A stretch of DNA of 64,000 nucleotides from Auanema rhodensis (Eukaryota; Animalia; Nematoda): the NCBI GenBank assembly GCA_964057225.1, contig OZ059898.1, forward strand, positions 21,452,001 to 21,516,000, read 5' to 3'. The number at the start of each line of letters is the position of its first letter. The stretch's first letter is position 1. The position numbers and the translations under genes are program-made. Shown here one piece after another: positions 44,910 through 55,300 of this stretch. Below the pieces are notes generated by a model. The model saw only the letters and a list, made by a program, of their open reading frames with translations. It did not search any database and had not been told where the DNA came from.

Positions 44910-45009
44910 AAGATGTGATGTCGTTGATGTAAAAAAGAAAAAGAAGAGGGCCAAGGTACTGTTTTAGGCCCTCTTCTTTTTCTTTTTTACATCAACGACA
45001 TCACATCTT
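44910..45009. repeat. Perfect 43-bp inverted repeat with a 14-nt loop at the LINE 5' junction
   Basis: 44910-44952 AAGATGTGATGTCGTTGATGTAAAAAAGAAAAAGAAGAGGGCC is the exact reverse complement of 44967-45009 GGCCCTCTTCTTTTTCTTTTTTACATCAACGACATCACATCTT. The loop is AAGGTACTGTTTTA (44953-44966). Confidence 0.98.
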
Positions 45010-45860
45010 TTCTCCCTGATGACGTTCATTCCACTTTATTTGCTGACGATCTCAAGCTGTACAGCACTAACCGGGTAAGTCTTCAAAATGCACTCAATTC
45101 TCTTAATGATTGGTGTAACAACAACGGAATGAGAGTCAACACAAGCAAAACTAAAATAATGGTGTTTTCTGATGATAGCTCATCTCAAAACATTGAAAAA
45201 ACGTTTTCTTTCGGTGAGTTCCCTTTGTCTCTAGCATCAAGCTATAAAGACCTCGGAGTTTTAACAGACCAAAACTTATCATTTGGTAGTCACATCAACT
45301 ATGTTAGCAACTTGGCAGCTCAAAAATGCCGCATTATCCTACGTTGTTTTCATTCTAGATCCCCGGTCTTAATGTTTAGACTTTTTTGTTGCTATGTTCG
45401 TCCTATTCTTGAGTACGCATCAGTCGTATGGTCACCACAGGATAACAAAAACAAAGCTCGTATAGAAAACGTACAGAAAAAGTTTTTGCGTGCAGTTTTT
45501 TGTAGGGCAGGAATTTTTTCTAGCTACGCCGATCAGCTTACCGCTCTTCAAGCCGATGATCTATCAACCAGAAGGCTGGTAACCGATCTTTTATTTTATT
45601 TTAACCATATTAAAGCTGAGGCAGAATTTAGAATTTTTGAAATTAAACTTTTTTCTCACTCTCTACGTAGACACCAATGGAATGTTGTTTTTCCGAATCT
45701 TCGGAAAAACACTTCAAGAAACGGCATCGAATACAGAGCTATAAAGGCATGGAATTCCTTACCTGAGAACCTAATTCAACAAACAAAAATCGGAAGCTTC
45801 AAGAAACACCTCTACAATGCCCTACGAGGCTCACAACATGATCCTTCCATTTTTATGTAG
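44952..45860 (+). pseudogene. Truncated LINE ORF2 fragment: reverse transcriptase from motif 4 onward plus the C-terminal region (302 codons, no stops or frameshifts, no native start)
   Basis: The listed ORF 45129-45860 extends upstream in frame as QGTVLGPLLFLFYINDITSFLPDDVHSTLFADDLKLYSTNRVSLQNALNSLNDWCNNNG-MRVNTSKTK. This includes the (P)QGxxLGPLLF motif and the catalytic FADD motif. Downstream YKDLGV..DQNLSF..HI, YVRPILEYASVVWSP, IENVQKKF and WNSLP are typical of CR1/L2-group ORF2 C-termini. The endonuclease and N-terminal RT motifs are missing. Confidence 0.93.
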
Positions 45861-46340
45861 TTAAGTTCATTCTTGGTTATAATCTCTTTGTTTTTCTTTC
45901 ATATTACTCTTCGCGTTTTTGTTTTTTCTCTTTAAATGTTTTTCTGATTATGACTCAGTGCGACAGTTTCACTTCTTTTTTTTCCAACCCTTCTACACTT
46001 CTTGTTACTTCGCTTCAAATCTTATAGACATGAGTCATACGGATTGAATGCAAGTTACCTCCTATTGTTAGAACGGGCTCGGCTCAAATCATGAGTACCT
46101 CCGTACCTAACAACTACCAACCGGAGGTCAGCAATTCGCTGAACAAAACCCCCTGTTCTCACTGGAAAAATTTGAAAGAAACTGCTCACTGCAACTCATT
46201 CTCAGATCATTCTCTCCCTAACTATGTTTTATAATGTTTCCTATTTTTCCTGTTCCTATTGTAAGGTTCTTATACATCCTACTACACAACTATTTACTCA
46301 TTTCGTTAAACCTGTAATATTGAACATTAAACCAATAAAC
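45861..46340 (+). other. LINE 3' UTR (~480 bp) ending in an AATAAA-containing imperfect octamer repeat
   Basis: It follows the TAG stop at 45858-45860, is pyrimidine-rich and has no listed ORF. It terminates with CATTAAAC (46325-46332) then CAATAAAC (46333-46340), with AATAAA at 46334-46339. Confidence 0.85.
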
Positions 46341-49300
46341 GTGTACATTTAATTAGCATAAATTAAAGTTCACGTAAATTTCAAAGTCATGGTTACCATG
46401 AACCAATATCAATAAAAATTTGTATTTAGACTAATATGGACATGGGGGATCTAATTTTGAAAACCGCATCTCTTTATCTTTCACGTGAAGCGAGTTACAT
46501 ACCAAGTGCACATCACGTGTACATTTAATTAGCATAAATTAAAGTTCACGTAAATTTCAAAGTCATGGTTACCATGAACCAATATCAATAAAAATTTGTT
46601 TTTAGACTAATATGGACATGGGGAATCTAATTTTGAAAACCGCATCTCTTTATCTTTCACGTGAAGCGAGTTACATACCAAGTGCACATCACGTGTACAT
46701 TTAATTAGCATAAATTAAAGTTCACGTAAATTTCAAAGTCATGGTTATCATGAACCAATATCAATAAAAATTTGTTTTTAGACTAATATGGACATGGGGA
46801 ATATAATTTTGAAAACCGCATCTCTTAATCTTTCACGTGAAGCGAGTTACATACCAAGTGCACATCACGTGTACATTTAATTAGCATAAATTAAAGTTCA
46901 CGTAAATTTCAAAGTCATGGTTACCATGAACCAATATCAATAAAAATTTGTATTTAGACTAATATGGACATGGGGGATCTAATATTGAAAACCGCATCTC
47001 TTTATCTTTCACGTGAAGCGAGTTACATACCAAGTGCACATCACGTGTACATTTAATTAGCATAAATTAAAGTTCACGTAAATTTCAAAGTCATGGTTAC
47101 CATGAACCAATATCAATAAAAATTTGTTTTTAGACTAATATGGACATGGGGAATCTAATTTTGAAAACCGCATCTCTTTATCTTTCACGTGAAGCGAGCT
47201 ACATACCAAGTGCACATCACGTGTACATTTAATTAGCGTAAATTAAAGTTCACGTAAATTTCAAAGTCATGGTTACCATGAACCAATATCAATAAAAATT
47301 TGTTTTTAGACTAATATGGACATGGGGAATCTAATTTTGAAAACGGCATCATTTTATCTTTCACGTGAAGCGAGTTACATACCAAGTGCACATCACGTGT
47401 ACATTTAATTAGCATAAATTAAAGTTCACGTAAATTTCAAAGTCATGGTGACCATGAACCAATATCAATAAAAATTTGTTTTTAGACTAATATGGACATG
47501 GGGAATCTAATTTTGAAAACCGCATCTCTTTATCTTTCACGTGAAGCGAGTTACATACCAAGTGCACATCACGTGTACATTTAATTAGCATAAATTAAAG
47601 TTCACGTAAATTTCAAAGTCATGGTTACCATGAACCAATATCAATAAAAATTTGTTTTTAGACTAATATGGACATGGGGAATCTAATTTTGAAAACCGCA
47701 TCTCTTTATCTTTCACGTGAAGCGAGTTACATACCAAGTGCACATCACGTGTACATTTAATTAGCATAAATTAAAGTTCACGTAAATTTCAAAGTCATGG
47801 TTACCATGAACCAATATCAATAAAAATTTGTTTTTAGACTAATATGGACATGAGTAATCTAATTTTGAAAACCGCATCTTTTTGTCTTTCACGTGAAGCG
47901 AGTTACATACCAAGTGCACATCACGTGTACATTTAATTAGCATAAATTAAAGTTCACGTAAATTTCAAAGTAATATTTACCATGCACCAATATCAATAAA
48001 AATTTGTTTTTAGACTAATATGGACATGGGGAATCTAATTTTGAAAACCGCATCTCTTTATCTTTCACGTGAAGCGTGTTACATACCAAGTGCACATCAC
48101 GTGTACATTTAATTAGCATAAATTAAAGTTCACGTAAATTTCAAAGTCATGGTTACCATGAACCAATATCAATAAAAATTTGTTTTTAGACTAATATGAA
48201 CATGGGGAATCTAATTTTGAAAACCGCATCTCTTTATCTTTCACGTGAAGCGAGTTACATACCAAGTGCACATCACGTGTACATTTAATTAGCATAAATT
48301 AAAGTTCACGTAAATTTCAAAGTACCATGCACCAATATCAATAAAAATTTGTTTTTAGACTAATATGGACATGGAGAATCTAATTTTGAAAACAGCATCT
48401 CTTTATCTTTCACGTGAAGCGAGTTACATACCAAGTGCACATCACGTGTACATTTAATTAGCATAAATTAAAGTTCACGTAAATTTCAAAGTCATGGTTA
48501 CCATGAACCAATATCAATAAAAATTTGTTTTTAGACTAATATGGACATGAGTAATCTAATTTTGAAAACCGCATCTTTTTATCTTTCACGTGAAGCGAGT
48601 TACATACCAAGTGCACATCACGTGTACATTTAATTAGCATAAATTAAAGTTCACGTAAATTTCAAAGTCATATTTACCATGCACCAATATCAATAAAAAT
48701 TTGTTTTTAGACTAATATGGACATGGGGAATCTAATTTTGAAAACCGCATCTCTTTATCTTTCACGTGAAGCGTGTTACATACCAAGTGCACATCACGTG
48801 TACATTTAATTAGCATAAATTAAAGTTCACGTAAATTTCAAAGTCATGGTTACCATGAACCAATATCAATAAAAATTTGTTTTTAGACTAATATGGACAT
48901 GGGGAATCTAATTTTGAAAACCGCATCTCTTTATCTTTCACGTGAAGCGAGTTACATACCAAGTGCACATCACGTGTACATTTAATTAGCATAAATTAAA
49001 GTTCACGTAAATTTCAAAGTCATGGTTACCATGAGCCAATATCAATAAAAATTTGTTTTTAGACTAATATGGACATGGGGAATCTAATTTTGAAAACGGC
49101 ATCTCTTTATCTTTCACGTGAAGCGAGTTACATACCAAGTGCACATCACGTGTACATTTAATTAGCATAAATTAAAGTTCACGTAAATTTCAAAGTCATG
49201 GTGACCATGAACCAATATCAATAAAAATTTGTTTTTAGACTAATATGGACATGGGGAATCTAATTTTGAAAACCGTATCTCTTTATCTTTCACGTGAAGC

Positions 49301-52300
49301 GAGTTACATACCAAGTGCACATCACGTGTACATTTAATTAGCATAAATTAAAGTTCACGTAAATTTCAAAGTACCATGCACCAATATCAATAAAAATTTG
49401 TTTTTAGACTAATATGGACATGGAGAATCTAATTTTGAAAACAGCATCTCTTTATCTTTCACGTGAAGCGAGTTACATACCAAGTGCACATCACGTGTAC
49501 ATTTAATTAGCATAAATTAAAGTTCACGTAAATTTCAAAGTCATGGTTACCATGAACCAATATCAATAAAAATTTGTTTTTAGACTAATATGGACATGAG
49601 TAATCTAATTTTGAAAACCGCATCTTTTTATCTTTCACGTGAAGCGAGTTACATACCAAGTGCACATCACGTGTACATTTAATTAGCATAAATTAAAGTT
49701 CACGTAAATTTCAAAGTCATATTTACCATGCACCAATATCAATAAAAATTTGTTTTTAGACTAATATGGACATGGGGAATCTAATTTTGAAAACCGCATC
49801 TCTTTATCTTTCACGTGAAGCGTGTTACATACCAAGTGCACATCACGTGTACATTTAATTAGCATAAATTAAAGTTCACGTAAATTTCAAAGTCATGGTT
49901 ACCATGAACCAATATCAATAAAAATTTGTTTTTAGACTAATATGAACATGGGGAATCTAATTTTGAAAACCGCATCTCTTTATCTTTCACGTGAAGCGAG
50001 TTACATACCAAGTGCACATCACGTGTACATTTAATTAGCATAAATTAAAGTTCACGTAAATTTCAAAGTCATGGTTACCATGAACCAATTACAATAAAAA
50101 TTTGTTTTTAGACTAATATGGACATGGGGAATCTAATTTTGAAAACCGCATCTCTTTATCTTTCACGTGAAGCGAGTTACATACCAAGTGCACATCACGT
50201 GTACATTTAATTAGCATAAATTAAAGTTCACGTAAATTTCAAAGTCATGGTTACCATGAACCAATATCAATAAAAATTTGTTTTTAGACTAATATGGACA
50301 TGGGGAATCTAATTTTGAAAACCGCATCTCTTTATCTTTCACGTGAAGCGAGTTACATACCAAGTGCACATCACGTGTACATTTAATTAGCATAAATTAA
50401 AGTTCACGTAAATTTCAAAGTCATGGTTACCATGAGCCAATATCAATAAAAATTTGTTTTTAGACTAATATGGACATGGGGAATCTAATTTTGAAAACGG
50501 CATCTCTTTATCTTTCACGTGAAGCGAGTTACATACCAAGTGCACATCACGTGTACATTTAATTAGCATAAATTAAAGTTCACGTAAATTTCAAAGTCAT
50601 GGTGACCATGAACCAATATCAATAAAAATTTGTTTTTAGACTAATATGGACATGGGGAATCTAATTTTGAAAACCGTATCTCTTTATCTTTCACGTGAAG
50701 CGAGTTACATACCAAGTGCACATCACGTGTACATTTAATTAGCATAAATTAAAGTTCACGTAAATTTCAAAGTCATGGTTACCATGAACCAATATCAATA
50801 AAAATTTGTATTTAGACTAATATGGACATGGGGGATCTAATTTTGAAAACCGCATCTCTTTATCTTTCACGTGAAGCGAGTTACATACCAAGTGCACATC
50901 ACGTGTACATTTAATTAGCATAAATTAAAGTTCACGTAAATTTCAAAGTCATGGTTACCATGAACCAATATCAATAAAAATTTGTTTTTAGACTAATATG
51001 GACATGGGGAATCTAATTTTGAAAACCGCATCTCTTTATCTTTCACGTGAAGCGAGTTACATACCAAGTGCACATCACGTGTACATTTAATTAGCATAAA
51101 TTAAAGTTCACGTAAATTTCAAAGTCATGGTTACCATGAACCAATATCAATAAAAATTTGTTTTTAGACTAATATGGACATGGAGAATCTAATTTTGAAA
51201 ACAGCATCTCTTTATCTTTCACGTGAAGCGAGTTACATACCAAGTGCACATCACGTGTACATTTAATTAGCATAAATTAAAGTTCACGTAAATTTCAAAG
51301 TCATGGTTACCATGAACCAATATCAATAAAAATTTGTATTTAGACTAATATGGACATGGGGGATCTAATTTTGAAAACCGCATCTCTTTATCTTTCACGT
51401 GAAGCGAGTTACATACCAAGTGCACATCACGTGTACATTTAATTAGCATAAATTAAAGTTCACGTAAATTTCAAAGTCATGGTTACCATGAACCAATATC
51501 AATAAAAATTTGTTTTTAGACTAATATGGACATGGGGAATCTAATTTTGAAAACCGCATCTCTTTATCTTTCACGTGAAGCGAGTTACATACCAAGTGCA
51601 CATCACGTGTACATTTAATTAGCATAAATTAAAGTTCACGTAAATTTCAAAGTCATGGTGACCATGAACCAATATCAATAAAAATTTGTTTTTAGACTAA
51701 TATGGACATGGGGAATCTAATTTTGAAAACGGCATCATTTTATCTTTCACGTGAAGCGAGTTACATACCAAGTGCACATCACGTGTACATTTAATTAGCA
51801 TAAATTAAAGTTCACGTAAATTTCAAAGTCATGGTGACCATGAACCAATATCAATAAAAATTTGTTTTTAGACTAATATGGACATGGAGAATCTAATTTT
51901 GAAAACAGCATCTCTTTATCTTTCACGTGAAGCGAGTTACATACCAAGTGCACATCACGTGTACATTTAATTAGCATAAATTAAAGTTCACGTAAATTTC
52001 AAAGTCATGGTTACCATGAACCAATATCAATAAAAATTTGTATTTAGACTAATATGGACATGGGGGATCTAATTTTGAAAACCGCATCTCTTTATCTTTC
52101 ACGTGAAGCGAGTTACATACCAAGTGCACATCACGTGTACATTTAATTAGCATAAATTAAAGTTCACGTAAATTTCAAAGTCATGGTTACCATGAACCAA
52201 TATCAATAAAAATTTGTTTTTAGACTAATATGGACATGGGGAATCTAATTTTGAAAACCGCATCTCTTTATCTTTCACGTGAAGCGAGTTACATACCAAG

Positions 52301-55300
52301 TGCACATCACGTGTACATTTAATTAGCATAAATTAAAGTTCACGTAAATTTCAAAGTCATGGTTACCATGAACCAATATCAATAAAAATTTGTTTTTAGA
52401 CTAATATGGACATGGAGAATCTAATTTTGAAAACAGCATCTCTTTATCTTTCACGTGAAGCGAGTTACATACCAAGTGCACATCACGTGTACATTTAATT
52501 AGCATAAATTAAAGTTCACGTAAATTTCAAAGTCATGGTGACCATGAACCAATATCAATAAAAATTTGTTTTTAGACTAATATGGACATGGGGAATCTAA
52601 TTTTGAAAACCGCATCTCTTTATCTTTCACGTGAAGCGAGTTACATACCAAGTGCACATCACGTGTACATTTAATTAGCATAAATTAAAGTTCACGTAAA
52701 TTTCAAAGTCATGGTGACCATGAACCAATATCAATAAAAATTTGTTTTTAGACTAATATGGACATGGAGAATCTAATTTTGAAAACCGCATCTCTTTATC
52801 TTTCACGTGAAGCGAGTTACATACCAAGTGCACATCACGTGTACATTTAATTAGCATAAATTAAAGTTCACGTAAATTTCAAAGTCATGGTTACCATGAA
52901 CCAATATCAATAAAAATTTGTTTTTAGACTAATATGGACATGGAGAATCTAATTTTGAAAACCGCATCTCTTTATCTTTCACGTGAAGCGAGTTACATAC
53001 CAAGTGCACATCACGTGTACATTTAATTAGCATAAATTAAAGTTCACGTAAATTTCAAAGTCATGGTGACCATGAACCAATATCAATAAAAATTTGTTTT
53101 TAGACTAATATGGACATGGGGAATCTAATTTTGAAAACCGCATCTCTTTATCTTTCACGTGAAGCGAGTTACATACCAAGTGCACATCACGTGTACATTT
53201 AATTAGCATAAATTAAAGTTCACGTAAATTTCAAAGTCATGGTGACCATGAACCAATATCAATAAAAATTTGTTTTTAGACTAATATGGACATGGGGAAT
53301 CTAATTTTGAAAACCGCATCTCTTTATCTTTCACGTGAAGCGAGTTACATACCAAGTGCACATCACGTGTACATTTAATTAGCATAAATTAAAGTTCACG
53401 TAAATTTCAAAGTTATGGTGACCATGAACCAATATCAATAAAAATTTGTTTTTAGACTAATATGGACATGGGGAATCTAATTTTGAAAACCGCATCTCTT
53501 TATCTTTCACGTGAAGCGAGTTACATACCAGTGCACATCACGTGTACATTTAATTAGCATAAATTAAAGTTCACGTAAATTTCAAAGTCATGGTTACCAT
53601 GAACCAATATCAATAAAAATTTGTATTTAGACTAATATGGACATGAGGAATCTAATTTTGAAAACCGCATCTCTTTATCTTTCACGTGAAGCGAGTTACA
53701 TACCAAGTGCACATCACGTGTACATTTAATTAGCATAAATTAAAGTTCACGTAAATTTCAAAGTCATGGTTACCATGAACCAATATCAATAAAAATTTGT
53801 TTTTAGACTAATATGGACATGGGGAATCTAATTTTGAAAACCGCATCTCTTTATCTTTCACGTGAAGCGAGTTACATACCAAGTGCACATCACGTGTACA
53901 TTTAATTAGCATAAATTAAAGTTCACGTAAATTTCAAAGTCATGGTTACCATGAACCAATATCAATAAAAATTTGTTTTTAGACTAATATGGACATGGGG
54001 AATCTAATTTTGGAAACCGCATCTCTTTATCTTTCACGTGAAGCGAGTTACATACCAAGTGCACATCACGTGTACATTTAATTAGCATAAATTAAAGTTC
54101 ACGTAAATTTCAAAGTCATGGTTACCATGAACCAATATCAATAAAAATTTGATTTTAGACTAATATGGACATGGGGAATCTAATTTTGAAAACCGCATCT
54201 CTTTATCTTTCACGTGAAGCGAGTTACATACCAAGTGCACATCACGTGTACATTTAATTAGCATAAATTAAAGTTCACGTAAATTTCAAAGTCATATTTA
54301 CCATGCACCAATATCAATAAAAATCTGTTTTTAGACTAATATGGACATGGGGAATCTAATTTTGAAAACCGCATCTCTTTATCTTTCACGTGAAGCGAGT
54401 TACATACCAAGTGCACATCACGTGTACATTTAATTAGCATAAATTAAAGTTCACGTAAATTTCAAAGTCATGGTTACCATGAACCAATATCAATAAAAAT
54501 TTGTTTTTAGACTAATATGGACATGGGGAATCTAATTTTGGAAACCGCATCTCTTTATCTTTCACGTGAAGCGAGTTACATACCAAGTGCACATCACGTG
54601 TACATTTAATTAGCATAAATTAAAGTTCACGTAAATTTCAAAGTCATGGTTACCATGCACCAATATCAATAAAAATTTGTTTTTAGACTAATATGGACAT
54701 GAGGAATCTAATTTTGAAAACCGCATCTCTTTATCTTCCACGTGAAGCGAGTTACATACCAAGTGCACATCACGTGTACATTTAATTAGCATAAATTAAA
54801 GTTCACGTAAATTTCAAAGTCATGGTTACCATGAACCAATATCAATAAAAATTTGATTTTAGACTAATATGGACATGGGGAATCTAATTTTGAAAACCGC
54901 ATCTCTTTATCTTTCACGTGAAGCGAGTTACATACCAAGTGCACATCACGTGTACATTTAATTAGCATAAATTAAAGTTCACGTAAATTTCAAAGTCATG
55001 GTTACCATGCACCAATATCAATAAAAATTTGTTTTTAGACTAATATGGACATGGGGAATCTAATTTTGAAAACCGCATCTCTTTATCTTTCACGTGAAGC
55101 GAGTTACATACCAAGTGCACATCACGTGTACATTTAATTAGCATAAATTAAAGTTCACGTAAATTTCAAAGTCATATTTACCATGCACCAATATCAATAA
55201 AAATTTGTTTTTAGACTAATATGGACATGGGGAATCTAATTTTGAAAACCGCATCTCTTTATCTTTCACGTGAAGCGAGTTACATACCAAGTGCACATCA

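Larger units (their letters stand above)
44910..46340 (+). mobile_element. 5'-truncated non-LTR retrotransposon (LINE, probably CR1/L2 group), 1431 bp, inserted within one satellite monomer
   Basis: This is the only non-satellite sequence in the window. It encodes the C-terminal part of a LINE reverse transcriptase followed by a T-rich 3' UTR ending ...CATTAAACCAATAAAC. There are no LTRs or terminal inverted repeats and no poly(A). The clade assignment rests on motif resemblance only. Confidence 0.93.

Noticed and set aside
44910-45009. Inverted repeat as a DNA-transposon terminal repeat/MITE, intrinsic terminator or miRNA gene
   Set aside because: The right arm and loop are in-frame RT coding sequence and there is no matching repeat at the element's other end, so it is best explained as an integration by-product.
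45129-45860. 243-aa ORF as a stand-alone functional gene
   Set aside because: The ATG is internal to ORF2 and downstream of the catalytic FADD motif. Homology continues upstream to the truncation point, and no promoter is evident.
45944-46039. Hammerhead-like CTGA core and AP-1-like TGACTCA/TGAGTCA sites in the 3' UTR
   Set aside because: CTGATTA does not match the CUGANGA core and I could not build the three-stem fold. The AP-1-like heptamers are more simply the two arms of one inverted pair.
53525-53540. 1-bp deletion monomer (CCAGTGCAC)
   Set aside because: It is a singleton and could be a private mutation or a consensus error, so it is not informative.
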